From Mobula hypostoma (Eukaryota), in contig NC_086108.1 in assembly GCF_963921235.1 (NCBI RefSeq), positions 14,074,001 through 14,138,000 on the forward strand: a stretch of 64,000 nucleotides of DNA. The letters are read 5' to 3'. The position numbers were made by a program, and so were the translations under genes. Within the stretch, counting starts at the first letter, position 1. Each line of letters starts with the position of its first letter. Shown piece by piece: positions 1 to 13,613 of this stretch. A model generated the notes under the pieces. The model did no database searches. It worked only from the letters and a program-made list of their open reading frames with translations, and was not told where the DNA came from.

Positions 1-619
1 GATCACTGATGTAATTTTGTAGTCTGTTAAGAGGAAATTTGTATGCTGCAGATTGTGGTGAAAGTAACCCAGAAGAAGTATATTGCCCATGTAGTGACTT
101 TGGTCAAAATGATTTTAGATCTTCTATATCAAGAAAGTATTGCCTAGAATTGTTATGCCTTCCTGTCCAGCATTAAACAAGTGCTGTGCACATCTCTATT
201 CAGTCAGATCTAATTAAAAGATCTTGAAATACTTTTTAAAAACGTGCTTAAACAGGGTTATTGGAGTTCCTGTGGAAAACAAATCAGTACTTAAAAGTTC
301 TCTCCCAATGCAGCTATAGCATGGCTACAGAAAGGTGACTCTTGAAGGAGTGGAAAAATGTGGAGTCACAGCACTCTCCAGTGTGTCTGGTCTGACCAGT
401 TTCCACACCTCCCCCTCTGCTATCAGGGATGTTGTATGTTGGATGTTGCATATTACATTGGACCAAGGAGACAGACTTTGTTCCACATGTCCAAGCTGAC
501 TACCGAGTATTTATCTATACTAATCCCAATTACCAACCCTTGGTTCATCACTTGCAATGTTTTGACAATTTAACTGCTCCTCCAGATTTTCTTAAAATTG
601 TGAGTATACATGCCTTCTC

Positions 620-1390
620 CCATGGTGAGTTCCAGATTGCAAACACCCTCAAGTGGAAAAGCTCCAATTTCCCTAAACCTCTCACTCCTCACCTTACACT
701 TTTACCTTCTGGTCTTAGACACCTCAGACATGGGGAAATGTGCTTCACTATCTGCCCTATCCATGCCTCTCATAAACTTTGTACATCTTCACTGGGTTCT
801 CTCTCTGCCTCCTCCACTGCATGGTAAAGAAACTCAGCCTTCATAACTGCATCCCAGGCAATATCCTGGTGAATCTTGCTGTTCTGGAAAGGGTTCATTC
901 AGGTCCCTCCTATAATGTAGCGATCAGAACTGCACACAGTACTTCTGGTAGGTCCACACTAATGTTTTGTAAATGCCCTCTGTTCTTGTAGTCGAGTGCT
1001 TTGCCCAGTGAAGGCAAACAGCCTGTGTTCTGTCATCTTCTCTATCTGTGCTGCCACCTTCAGGACTTTTTATTCTTGTACATCAAGGTTCATTTATTCT
1101 TCAATTTTGCTCAGTTCCCTACTGTTCATGATGTGTGACTCATCCGTATTAACACTTTAAAATGCATGGCCTCACACCTACCGGGATTAATTTCCATTGT
1201 TCCACACAACTTCCCAATGACCAAAATTATTTTCCTCCTCATTCTCAAAAATGTTCAGGTCATCTTCAAAATTATTAATCATATTAATCACCGATGTATG
1301 CAACAAACACACGAGTCCCACGACTAATCTCTGTCATCCACAGCTGGTTACAAACTTCCAGTCATAAAGATACCTTCCTCCACCTCCCAT
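620..1390 (-). mobile_element. CR1 LINE 3' fragment, degenerate
   Basis: Minus strand resembles the end of CR1 ORF2 (EYCVQF, RFTRILPG-like motifs). Confidence 0.6.
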
Positions 1391-1394
1391 TATA

Positions 1395-2215
1395 AACACA
1401 AAATACTCTGCAGATGCTGGGGTCAAGGCAACACTCACAACACGCTGGAGGAACTCAGCAGGTCGGGCCGTATCCCTGGAAATGATCAGTCAACGTTTTG
1501 GGCCGGAACCCTTTGTCAGGACTGAAGAGGGGAGGGGGCAGAGGCCCTATAAAGAAGGTGGGAGGAGGGTGGGAAGGGGAAGGCTGGTAGGTTCCATGTG
1601 AAAAACCAGTAAGGGGAAAGATAAAGGGGTGGGGAAGGGGAGGCAGGGAGGTGATAGGCAGGAAAAGTGAAGAAGGAATAGGGGAAAACACAATGGGTAG
1701 TAGAAGGAGTTGGAACCATGATGGAGGTGATCAGCAGCTGGGAGAGGGCAGAGTGACATAGGGATAGGGGAAGGGAGGGGGAGGGAATTAACGGAAGTTG
1801 GAGAATTCTATGTTCATGCCAAGGGGCTGGAGACTACCTAGACGCTATATGAGGTGTTGCTCCTCCAACCTGAGTTTAGCCTTATCATGGCAGTAGAGGA
1901 GACCATGTATGGACATATCTGAATGGGAGTGGGAAGCAGAGTTGAAGTGAGTGGCTACCGGGAGATCCTGTCTGTTGTGGCAGACGGAGCGGAGGTGCTT
2001 GACGAAGCAGTCCCCCAATCTGCGTCGGGTTTCACTGATGTAGAGGAGGCCGCACCGGGAGCACCGGATACAATAGATGACTCCAACAGACTCACAAGTG
2101 AAGTGTTGTCTCACCTGGAAGGACTGTTTGTAGCCCTGAATGGTGGCAAGAGAGGAGGTGTAGGGACAGGTGTAGCACTTGTGCTTACAGGGACAAGTGC
2201 TGGGTGGGAGATCCA
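1395..2215 (-). mobile_element. Penelope-like element 3' part (GIY-YIG endonuclease + terminal repeat)
   Basis: ORF 1845-2114 has VIYCIRCSRCGLLYISETRRRLGDCFVKH (GIY-YIG). Hammerhead-like motif at 1487-1524. Confidence 0.85.
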
Positions 2216-2229
2216 GAGGCAGAGGTAAG

Positions 2230-4220
2230 TGGAACAGCCATCGTTGGGCTGGTCAGAGTCAGACTGGAGATTCTGAGGCTTCAGCAAGGAGAAGCTTGAG
2301 GAAAAAAGCAAAAAAGCTGTTGTTGGAGTTTTTTTAAACCCCAGAGTTTATTGTTCATCCTTCCTTGTACTTGCTCAGTTAGGAACAGTAGAGATACCAG
2401 GCAGGACAGTGGAATGCTGCTCTTGTGGGATGTGGGAAGGCAGGGTGGCCACCAGTGTCCCTGACGAAAACACCTGTGAGAAGTGCATCCGGCTGCAGCT
2501 TCTAATGCTACGTGTTAAGAGTTGGAGTTGGAGCTGGTGCGAGAACTAGATGAACTCTGGATCATTTGGGAGGTTGAGGGGGTGATAGATAGGACAAGGT
2601 GCAGGATACGGGAAACTGGGTGACAGTCAGGAAAGGGTTAAACAGCCAGTACAGAGTACCCCTGTAGCCATCCCCCTCAACAACAAGTACACCACTTTGC
2701 ACACTGTTGTGGCGGGGGGGGGGGGTGGTGACCAAGCAGAGGAAAGTCACAATGGTCAGGTTTCTGGCACTGAGTCTGGCTCTGTGAATCAGAAGGGAAG
2801 CGGGGGGCGGGGAGAGGCATGCTGTGGTGATAGGGGATTCGTTAGGTAGGAAAACGGAAAGGAGGTTCTGTGGGTGAGAGGGAGATTCCTGGATGATGTG
2901 TTGCCTCCTGGGTGCCAGGATCTGGGACATCTCAGATCAAATCCTCAGCATTCTTAAGTGGGAGAGTGAACAGAGGTCATGGTCCATGTAGGTACCTATG
3001 ACATGGGTAAAAAAAGTCATGATGTTCTGCAAAGTGAGTTCAGGTGCTCAGTTAAAGGGCAGGACCTCCAGGGCTGTGATTGCTACCTGTGCCATGTGCT
3101 AGTGAAGCCAGAAATGGGAAGATTATACTGTTTAACACATGGCTTAGGAGTTGGTGTAGGTGGCAGGGCATTAGATTTTTGGATCATTGGGCTCTCTTCT
3201 GGGAAAAGTGAAACCTGTGCAGAAGAGATGGTTTGCACCTGAATTGGAAGGAGACGACTATCCTACCGGGAAGGTTTGCTAGTACTGCACAGGGTGTGTG
3301 TGTGTGGGTGGGGGGGGGGGGGATGTTAAACTAGAAATGCAGGGAATGGGAACCAGAGTGCCAGAACAGATAGTGGAGAGATTGTGGAAACAGATGTTGT
3401 TAAGACCTCAGACAAATTCAGGAATCAAAAGGTTGAGCATAGTGCAACTAGTGTCCTGAGCTGCATATATTTCAAAACAATAAGTATTGTAGGCAAGGCA
3501 GATGAACTCAGGGCATTGATTCAACTCCTGGAATTATGATATTGTAGAAACACTTGGTTGCAGGAGGGGCAGGATTGGCAGCTCAATATTCTGGGGTTCA
3601 GACGATAGAGCAGAAGGGATTAAAGGAGGAGGGGTGACATTCCTAGTCAAGGAAAATATCATGGCAGTGCTCAGCCAGGAGAACTCGTCTAGAGAGGTGT
3701 TATAGGTGAAACTGAGGAATATGAAAGGTATGACCACATTAATCGGGCTATATAACAGACCACCCAACAGTCTGAGGGATTTGGATGAGGTTTGTGGAGA
3801 GATCGCAGAGTGCTCCAAGAAGCATAACACTGTTACAGTAAGTAGTTTTAATTTTCCACACTGACTGGGACTCGCATACTGTAAAAGGACTAGGTGGGAT
3901 AGGGTTTGCCAAATGTGTTCAAGAAAGTTTCCTTAATCAGTATGTAGAAGTCCCAATGAGTAAGTGTGCGATATTTGATCTGCTGTTAGGGAATGAGACA
4001 GGGCAGATGACAGAAGTTTGTGTAGGGAAACACTTTGTATCTAGTGATCATAATGCCATTAGCTTCAAAGTAAATATGCAAAAAGATAGGTTGAGATTCT
4101 AAATTGGAGCAAGGTCAATTTTTATGGTATCAAAAAGTATCTGGCAAGTGTGGATTCGGACAGGCTGTTTTGTGACAAAGGTATACTTGGTAGGTGGGAG
4201 GCTTTCAAAAGTGAAATTTT
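2230..4220 (+). mobile_element. CR1 LINE 5' part (ORF1 esterase + APE), split by an L1 insertion; resumes at 10066-10345
   Basis: VVIGDS / VHVGTYD ORF1 motifs, then APE motifs (ETWL, SDHNAI). The sequence continues after the L1 TSD. Confidence 0.85.
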
Positions 4221-4623
4221 CTTTTTAAAATCTTTTTATTAAATAAGTATACAAAAGGTAAGCCATATAGGCACTAATACACTGTTAGAATATAATAAAA
4301 TTACAGGAGATATTAAAACAGAAAAGAAATGATACAAACAATGTAATTTAAACATAAAATAATAAGGTAACATAATAGTATACTAATTTTTATATATATA
4401 TATATCAATAGAAAAAGGAAACCCCCCCCCCAAAAAAAAACCCCAAAAAACCCACCGTGCAACTAAACTAAAAGCAAAGCAAAGCAATGGGCTAACTTGG
4501 AAACAAGTAGAGTTAAAAGACTTAAAATCACGTCCTCAAACCCGACCTCCATTAAAAACAGTAGAAAAAAACAAGAAGGGAATATAAATATGGAGCAAAA
4601 AGGGGAAGAAAAAAAAATTACAT

Positions 4624-7600
4624 TTAATGAAAATATTGAATAAAAGATCTCCAGGTCTGTTCAAATTTAGGTGAGGAATCATAAAGATTGCTTCTAATTT
4701 TCTCCAAATTCAAGCATAATATCGTCTGAGAAAACCAAAAAAAGGTAGATGGAGCATTAAGCTCTTTCCAATGTTGTAAGATACATCTTTTCGCCATTAA
4801 AGTAAGAAATGCAATCATTCTACGGGCTGAAGGAGAAAGATTACTGGAAGTTTTAGGTAATCCAAAGATAGCAGTAATAGGGTGAGGAGAGATATCTATA
4901 TTCAATACCTTTGAGATAATATTAAAAATGTCTCTCCAAAAAGTTTCCAGAGTAGGACAAGACCAAAACATATGAGTTAGAGAGGCTATCTGCCCCGGAC
5001 ATCTATCACAAAAAGGATTAATATGAGAATAAAAACGAGCTAATTTATCTTTGGACATATGTGCTCTATGAACAACTTTAAATTGAATTAGGGAATGTTT
5101 AGCACAGATAGAGGAAGTATTGACTAATTGTAAAATCTGCCCCCAGTCATCCACGGAAATGATAGAGCCCAATTCCTGTTCCCAATCTACCCAAATCTTA
5201 TCAAATGGAGCTTTCCTAAGTTTCATAATAATATTATAAATCATAGCCGACGCACCTTTCTGACATGGATTAAGGTTAATTATAGTATCTAAAATATATG
5301 TAGGAGGAAGCATTGGAAAGAAAGAAAGAAAGTATAGTACTTAGGAAATTCCTAACTTGTAGATATCTAAAAAAATGTATTCTTGATAAATTATATTTAT
5401 TAGATAATTGTTCAAAAGACATAAGGGAACCATCTAAAAATAAATCCAAAAACCGTGAAGTACCCTTAGTCTTCCAAATTTGAAAAGCACGATCCGTGAA
5501 AGAGGGAGGAAAAAATATGTTACCTAAAATAGGAATTGCTAGCCCAAATTGGTTAAGATCAAAAAATTTTCTGAATTGAAACCAAATACGTAAGGTATAT
5601 TTAACTATTGGGTTAGAGACCTGTTTGAGGCGTTTCAAATCAAAAGGAAGAGAGGGACCTAAAATACAGCCAAGTGTATAGCCCTGAGCAGATTGTAATT
5701 CCAATACTACCCATTTAGGAATGGATAGTATATCCTGGTCAAGTAACCAAAATTTCGTATGTCGAATATTAATTGCCCAATAATAGAATCTAAAGTTAGG
5801 TAATGCTAAACCTCTATCTCTCTTAGCTTTCTGTAAACGTATTTTACCCAATCTCGGGTTTTTATTTTGCCAAATAAATGAAGAAATTTTTGAGTCAACT
5901 TTATCAAAAAAAGATTTTGGAACAAAAATCGGTAATGCCTGAAATATATATAAAAATTTTGGCAAAAAAAACATCTTAACTGCATTAATACGACCAATCA
6001 AAGTTAAATATAATGGAAACCATTTAGATGAAAGTTGAGTAATATGGTCAATTAAGGGTAAAAAACTAATCTTAAATAAATCTTTGTGTTTACAAGTAAC
6101 TTTAATCCCAAGATATGAAAAATAATTATTAATCAATTTAAACGGAAAGTTGTGATATAAGGGAAGTTGTTTATTAATTGGGAAAAGTTCACTCTTACTA
6201 AGATTTAATTTATAACCTGAAAAAAGACTAAATTGTGCTAATAAATCTAAAACAGCAGGGATGGATTTTTGAGGATTAGAAATATATAAAAGTAAGTCAT
6301 CAGCATAGAGTGATATTTTATGGGACTTTAAGCCCCGAGTTATCCCAGTAATATACGGAGATTCTCGAATGGCAATTGCAAGAGGTTCTAATGCAATATC
6401 AAATAATAAAGGACTAAGAGGACAGCCTTCTCGAGTACCTCGAAAAAGAGGGAAAAAAGGTGAGCTTAAAGAATTAGTACAGACCGAGGCTACAGGAGAA
6501 TGATATAACAATTTGATCCAGGATATAAATTTCGAGCTAAAATTAAACATTTCAAGCACCTTAAATAAGTAAGGCCATTCTACTCTATCAAAAGCTTTCT
6601 CAGCATCTAAAGAGATAACACACTCAGGAACATTTTGTGAGGGGGTATAAACAATATTTAACAGTGTATGTATGTTATAGAAAGAGTAATGACCTTTAAT
6701 AAAACCCGTTTGGTCTTCCGAAATAATAAAAGGAAGTACTTTTTCTAATCTGTTTGCTAATAATTTAGAAAAAATTTTAGAATCAACATTTAATAAAGAT
6801 ATTGGTCTATAAGATGCACATTGAGCAGGATCTTTATCCTTCTTTAATATTAGAGAGATTGAAAGATTCGGGAAGTTTACCCAGTTTTAACGAAGCCTCG
6901 AAAACCCTACAGAACCACGGGATTAATGAAGATGCAAAACATTTATAAAATTCTGCGGTAAGCCCATCAGGGCCAGGAGCTTTCCCCAGGTTCATAGAGG
7001 AAATAACATTCTTAATCTCATCAGTGGTAATGGGAGTATCTAGCATAGAAGACATATCCTGTGAAATCTCAGGGAGTTCTAGGTTATCTAAAAAATCATT
7101 CATATATTTAGAGTCTCGAGAGGACTCTGATTGATATAAGGAAGAATAAAAATCAAAAAAAGTTTGATTAATCCCCGCATGATCAAGTATCAGTCGATCA
7201 TTTTGATTATAAATCTGATTAATTTGAGACTTAGCATAATTAGATTTCAATTGGTTAGCCAACAGTTTGCCAATTTTATCACTGTGTACATAAAATTCAC
7301 TTCTTGTTTTCTTTAATTGGTTTACAATCGACGACGAAAGTAATAAACTGTGTTCCATTTGAAGTTCAGTTCTTTGTTTATATAACTCCTCAGAGGGAGC
7401 TATAACATATTTCTTATCAATTTCCTTAATCTTGTCCACAATTACCAACTCCTCCTGCTTCAGCTTCTTCCTCAAAGCAGCAGAATACGACATAATCTGA
7501 CCACGAATATAAGCTTTAAAAGTATCCCAAAGAATGTTCACAGAAATATCCTCTGTATAGTTGATTGTAAAAAAAAAGATCAATCTGTTCATTCATAAAG

Positions 7601-8387
7601 TTAACAAAATCCGAGTCCTGAAACAACAGCGAATTAAAACGCCATTGTCTATTATTTTGTGTATTGGCCTGAATTTTAATAGAAAGCTTAAGTGGAGCAT
7701 GATCCGAAATGGTTATAGAGTCATAATCACATTTAATCACTGAAGAAATAAGACGAGAGTCAATAAAGTAATAGTCAATTCTTGAATAGGAATGGTGAAC
7801 ATGTGAAAAAAAAGAAAAATCTTTTTCCTGAGGATGCAAAAAACGCCAAATGTCCGTTGACCCAGAATCAGAGAGGAATGAATTAATCAAAGTTGCAGAT
7901 TTATTAGGTAAGGTCCGTAGAGGAGCCAAACGGTCCAAAGCTGGAGATAAACAGGTATTAAAATCTCCGCCCCAGATCAATGAAAACTCATTCAAATTCG
8001 GGAACTGATTGAATAATGATTTATAAAATTCCGGACAATCCATATTGGGAGCATAAACATTAACCAAAACTACCTTTTTATTAAATAGTAAACCACTAAC
8101 CAGTAGAAACCTACCATTGGATCAGAGATAATATCATGTTGTATAAAAGTAACTGAGGAGTCTATAAAAATAGAGACGCCTCGAATCTTAGCATTAGAGT
8201 TCGAATGAAACTGTTGACCCTTCCAGAATTTAAAAAAACATAGTCTGTCCCCCCTCCACACATGGGTCCCTTGTAAAAATAGAATTTGTGCTTTAAGTCT
8301 CCGGGACACTTTAAAAATTTTTTTCCTTTTAATAGGATGGTTAAGACCATTAGTATTCCAGGAGACAAAATTAATAATAGACTCCAT
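4624..8387 (-). pseudogene. L1 ORF2 (APE-RT-CCHC), frameshifted or interrupted by stops
   Basis: MESIINFVSWNTNGLNHPIKR, NVYAPN, GGDFN, SDHAP, KAPGPDG, GCPLSPLLF, YADDLL and CDRC...HMFWSC are spread over several ORFs. Confidence 0.9.
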
Positions 8388-9101
8388 AAACCCTAAAGTC
8401 AACTCGCAAAAAGGAGGATTGATGATAGGCTCGACCCACGAACCCGGAAAGGGAACAGAACAAGCAAGAGATACCGGGAAGGAGAACGCAACCAATACTT
8501 CAATAGTGTAAATAGCCCAAGAAGAAAAAAACTAAAATGTGAAGCCCCTCCCACCACCACCCCACCCCATGACCCCAAGGCTAGATCTAAAACAGACTAG
8601 TCGGAAAGAAGCAAGCACTAAAACTACCCCCATGACTTCCGATAGACGCTCACTTAAAAAAAAGTGTAAATATAAAAAAAGATCAGCAAATTATAAAACA
8701 GTAAAAGAATAAAAAAAGTAAATCAATTAAAACAAACACTTACTATAACAGAGAAAAAGCCAGAAAATATTTTTTAAAAACCGCAACAAACCCCAGACCC
8801 TATGAATAAACAAAAAAAAATGAAATTATTAACATAAACTAGTTATAAAAATCTACAAAAAAAGTAAATTTAAAAAAAAACTACAAAATTTAAGGCCTCA
8901 AAGGAAATACGTAGAATGACGCTGAGGACATACCCACCCAGAATCCCCTGGGAAAAAGAAAGGGATGACGCAGATAGAAAGAAAGTTTAGCAACCATATT
9001 AATGAATCAAAAATAAACTTTTCTGCCCATATAAGGCAAAAAAAAATTAAGGCCGGCAGATTCACAACCTCCGATCAAACGGAGATAGTTAAAAATTACA
9101 A

Positions 9102-9926
9102 TTAAGATGTCGAAGGTGAAAATTGATCCAGATAACTCTGGGCATCCGATGGAGATTCAAAAAAACGGAGGGCTCCATCCAACGTACGAATCCTTAGACG
9201 TGCCGGGTAAAGCAGCGCTGGTTTTAAATCCATCTTGTAGAGTTCCGACATCACAGATCTATAACGAACCCGTTGATCCCGAATTGGTTTACTGAAATCC
9301 TCCAAGAATCGGAAATTAAGATCCGAAAAATCAATGTAACCTTTAGATCGAATGAATCGAAACAGTTTCTCCTTGTCTTGAAAGTAATGAAAACGTAAGA
9401 TGACATGTCGAGGTTTATCTGACTTAGACGAGTATGATGGAACTCTGTGAACACGATCCAATAACGGTGGTTGGTCAGGAAATACAGTAGGAAATGCATC
9501 TTTTAAAAGTTGAGAAAAAAACTTCATAGGGTTGTCAGATTCCACAGCTTCACACACACCAATCATTCGAAAATTCTGCCGTCGCATTCTGGATTCTAAG
9601 TCAGAGTTTTTAAAGGTCAGAAAGTCAAGTTTTTTCTTCATTATAGTAATTGGTTCTTCAATTTTCTCCATCTTGAGTTCATTTTGTTGCGTGGATTTTT
9701 GAAGATTAGATATAGCCGACTGATGTTCCGTAATAGATAATTGTATTTTATCGATTGAATCGGCAATTTTCTGGAAATTAGTTGAAATTTCTGAATGAAT
9801 CAGTTCCGTAATAGAGGTTGAAATTTCCCTTTGAATTAGATCTGATATAGCTTTCAAAGTCACCGGTGGTCCTCCCATAGCAGACCTTAAAAACATCCGA
9901 TTATCGAAGAGCCCAGTTTGTTTCAA
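9102..9926 (-). CDS. L1 ORF1 (coiled coil + RRM); start uncertain
   Basis: Coiled-coil region followed by DLESRMRRQNFRMIGV, LDRVHRV, PRHVILRF, LLYPARLRI. Confidence 0.8.
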   Translation of the reverse strand: MKQTGLFDNRMFLRSAMGGPPVTLKAISDLIQREISTSITELIHSEISTNFQKIADSIDKIQLSITEHQSAISNLQKSTQQNELKMEKIEEPITIMKKKLDFLTFKNSDLESRMRRQNFRMIGVCEAVESDNPMKFFSQLLKDAFPTVFPDQPPLLDRVHRVPSYSSKSDKPRHVILRFHYFQDKEKLFRFIRSKGYIDFSDLNFRFLEDFSKPIRDQRVRYRSVMSELYKMDLKPALLYPARLRIRTLDGALRFFESPSDAQSYLDQFSPSTS

Positions 9927-10519
9927 AGTATTGTGAAAGTCGATGCCTTAATGGTTAGTTAAAATATAGCTGATCATAAGAAAAAAAACTCAGAGGTAAT
10001 GGAGCGAGTCAAGAACACGACTTCACTCCATGAGCTCTACCGGAAGTCCCCAAAAGTGAAATTTTGAGAGTACAAAGCATGTATGTGCCTGTCAGAATAA
10101 AGACAACAGGTTTAGGGAACCTTTGTCTTTGAGAAATATTGAGGCCCTGGTGAAGAGGGATAAAGGAAGTGCATGGCAGGTAGAAACAAATGAGTTGCTG
10201 ATGGAGTATAAGAAATGCAAGAGAACACTCAGGAGGGCATGAATTTGCGCTTGCAAAAATGTGATGGAGAATCCTCAGGTGTTTTACAGATATGTTAAGA
10301 AGGACTGCAAGGGACAAACTTGGTCCTCTGGAAGATTAGAAGGGCAGTTTAGCCTTCCAGTCATGCCTTGCATCCTTATTTATCTGGTTTACTTTTGGGA
10401 CTAGCGAAGTTCTACATTTCACTGAAACTTCTGTTTTCTCTCCCCCCCCACCCCAAACTAAACATCTCCTGTGTGGTTCTACCTCTGCGGGTGAGGCTGA
10501 AACAGCATTAGTTCAAAAC

Positions 10520-13450
10520 ACCACACCCCTCCCCAACATATTAACTAGCTAATGTCCAGGCCATCAAGAATGAAGTTGATGAACTAAGGGCATGTTATGT
10601 ATCTGGCAACAATGAATATTAATTGAGACAGGTTATATAAAAACAATCAAACATTTATTAAACACGTATAAACGATAAGGGAAAAAAAAACAAAGGAAAA
10701 CTTTAACCAAAGGTTAACAGGTACACAGCTGTTCACCAACTCGCCACGCGGCTCTGGTTCTTAAAGCGTTAAATGCGAAAACAGTTCTTAAAGAGATACA
10801 GTCGGAGATAGTTCTTAAAGCGATAACTTCGAAAGTCCAACAGTTTTACACATTCAATTGGGAGAGACTTCTCTGGAGAAGGATTTCTTCACAGACGCAC
10901 CTTTACTGCTGGTTCTGTCCACAGGATTCCCGATGCCGAAAATAAACAGTTTAGATCGACTGACCTTAAATTCCTTTAGAGAGAGAGAGAGAGAGACAGC
11001 ACTTTTTTGCATGAACTTTTCGCTCTTTCTGGCAAGAGTTATCTCGATGCAGGTACTTCCCCAACGAACTCTCAATAAGGTCGATTCTTTATTAAACTGC
11101 CAAACGATGCCGACTTCTCTCGATCCTTCACTTCGATGAATTCTTCACTCTCCCTTCAAAACTGTCGGAATTGAGCAAATTGGCATTTCCAGACACAAAT
11201 TCCCAGTCCAAATATACTGTATCTTATAAAAGAACACACCCTCTGTTTTAAAAATGAAACTGCATCACAAAAACAAACACGCAACAGAAACGGAGGCACA
11301 ACACGTCCTACCTGGAAATCTACAAACTCAAAAACTAACTGTGTCACCTGGGTCGACCCTTATATATTCATGGGGGGGGGAGGGGGGACATGTCATCACG
11401 TGACCTCGCATCGGTGGGAAAATCACATCAGGTGACCTCCAAAAGACCATTACATCATTCTCACAAAAAAACAGATCTCCTTCAGCATGCAATAGGCAAG
11501 ACTGACCTTTCAAAGAGATTGAAGGATTGTGCTATTTCTCATTGAAGCTTACACCTGCTTCACCTGACAGCATCACTAAGAGCTTCTCAATTCATCAGAT
11601 GGACCATCCATGGGCAAAGTTAGAGATGGGGGGGGTGGTTCTATTTAATTAATTTGGGGTGCTTGGATCTGACAGTTCTGGTGAACTCCTGCTCATTCAA
11701 CTTGGAATATCTTGTAGTGAAGTGTTACTCATTCTACAGGTGTTCACTTCAGCGGTCCTGACAGCAGTCTACACCCCAGCTCAGATGTGAAGCCCACACT
11801 CAATGAACTGTACCCTGGGGTCAACAGCCTTGAAACAGGATACCCAGAGACCCTCTTCATCATTGCTGGTGATGTCAACCAAGACAGCTTCAATAGTGCG
11901 TTACTAAATTACTACCAGCATGTCTCCTGTCCCACAATCATCAAGGATGCCTGTATAGCACTTTTCTCCCACTCTTCCCCCCCCACACCCCATCCACACT
12001 TGGGTAAGTCAGACTGCCAGGCTGTGCTCCCACTCCCTGCATTCAAACGGAAGTTGAAATGTGAGAATTTAGTACAGAAAGTACGATGCTGGTCTGGGGA
12101 ACAGATGACCTTCCATGTATCTGCTTTGGTTTGCTAGACTGGTCCATATTGAAGACTTAGCTGCCAGCCTCGATGAGTATGTCACTACTATCACAGACTT
12201 TATCAGCAAGTTTGTTGAGTACCGTGCACTAATCCAGATGTTCTCAAACCGGAAACCATTGAACTGGGAGATCTACACTTTACCGAAGTCTAGGTCCGCA
12301 GCATTCAAATCAGGTGAGCATGCTCTTTGCAAAATATCAAGATATGACCTCCATGAAGCCATCAGAGATGTTGAAAGCCAGTCCATGATCAAGTCGCAGT
12401 CTAGCCGTCAGCTGTGGAGGGGCCTGATTACTATAATGGGTTACAAAAGGAAGTCGGGCAGCATCACTGACAACAGCACATCCCTTAACAAGTGAACATA
12501 TATATGTTCATCTTGAACAGCACGGAATTGATATGTCACTACCCACCTCAGCAGTGTCCAGTGCACCTGAATCCAGTCACCATCATGGACATAAGATCAG
12601 TCTTCTGGAGAGTGAGCCCATGGAATTCATTGGGCCGGATAGTTCCCCGCACAGTGTCCTTACATCCTGTGCAGATCGGCTGGATAGGGGTATTTGCAGT
12701 CATTCTTAATCTCTCCCTGCTTAAGGCTGTGGTTCCATTCTGTTCAAAGAAAACCACAATAATCACAGTACATCCTCCCCCCCACCCCCCATGTGCACCA
12801 CCCACTTCCTGAGGTTAGTGGCCAGCTCTTGTGTTTTGTTGATATTGAGGGAAAGGCTGCTGTAATGACACCCTGTAACTAAGCTCCCTACCTCCCTGAA
12901 GATGAGAACTATAACTTGGATTTCTTTTGGGGGGTGGGGTATCAAGATATGACTTCATGGAGGTCATATCTTGACAACCCCCCCAAAAAAGCGAATGCAA
13001 GCTAATGTGCCTTAACAGCTACTACCCTGTGGCCTTGACATCTACCATCATGAAGTGCTTCAAGAGGCTTGCATTGGCACACATCCACTCCTGCCTTCCA
13101 GACAACCTTGACCCACTGCAAGTTACAGTTTTCATCCTCAAGGAGGTAGAGAGCTTGGTTACAGGGTGTCATTGCAGCAACCTTTCCCTCAATATCAACA
13201 AAACACAAGAGCTGGCCACTAATCTCGGGAGGTGGGGTGATACATATGATCCTGTCTACATCATTAGTGTTGAGGTTGAGAACTTCAGCTTCCTAGGTGT
13301 GAACATCACCAATATGCTGTCCAAGTCCAACACCTTAGTGTCACAGCTCAGAGAGCTCACCAACATCTCTACTTCAGGAAGCTAAAAAACAAATTATCAT
13401 GACCCCATCAACCCGAGCAATTTTTTTTTATCAGTTCACCATTGAAAAGA
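10520..13450 (+). mobile_element. Rex1/Babar-like LINE, degenerate, containing a solo LTR and an internal inverted duplication
   Basis: ANVQAIKNEVDELRA-RLT, GKSD, YYPVALTSTIMKCFKRL, NINKTQEL motifs. Confidence 0.8.
10593..11494 (-). mobile_element. Solo LTR (about 900 bp, Gypsy-like)
   Basis: Starts TGTTA and ends GCAATA. 4-bp TSD GGCA (10589-10592 and 11495-11498); removing it restores the host LINE frame ELRARLT. Minus-strand TATA near 11365 and AATAAA near 10655. Confidence 0.75.
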
Positions 13451-13613
13451 CTGAATCCGAATACATAATGGCTGATGACTGCAAGAAACTGAATTTGAAT
13501 CTGAATTGACTTTTTCTTACATCCTTCACATACATGAGGAGTAAAAATCTTTGTTATGTCTCTGTCTGAATGTGAAAATTATAGTAATTTGTAATAATAT
13601 GTACAGTAAGATA

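Larger units (their letters stand above)
4221..10050 (-). mobile_element. Full-length L1-clade LINE (about 5.8 kb) with disrupted ORF2
   Basis: 5' end GGGACTTCCGG; ORF1 near 9102-9926; ORF2 APE-RT-CCHC in fragments; AATAAA and an A-rich tail. 15-bp TSD CAAAAGTGAAATTTT at 4206-4220 and 10051-10065. Confidence 0.95.

Noticed and set aside
313..340. ATG GCT ACA GAA AG|GTGACT as a first coding exon for 22575
   Set aside because: Its phase-2 donor does not fit the phase-0 acceptor at 22575, and the donor is weak.
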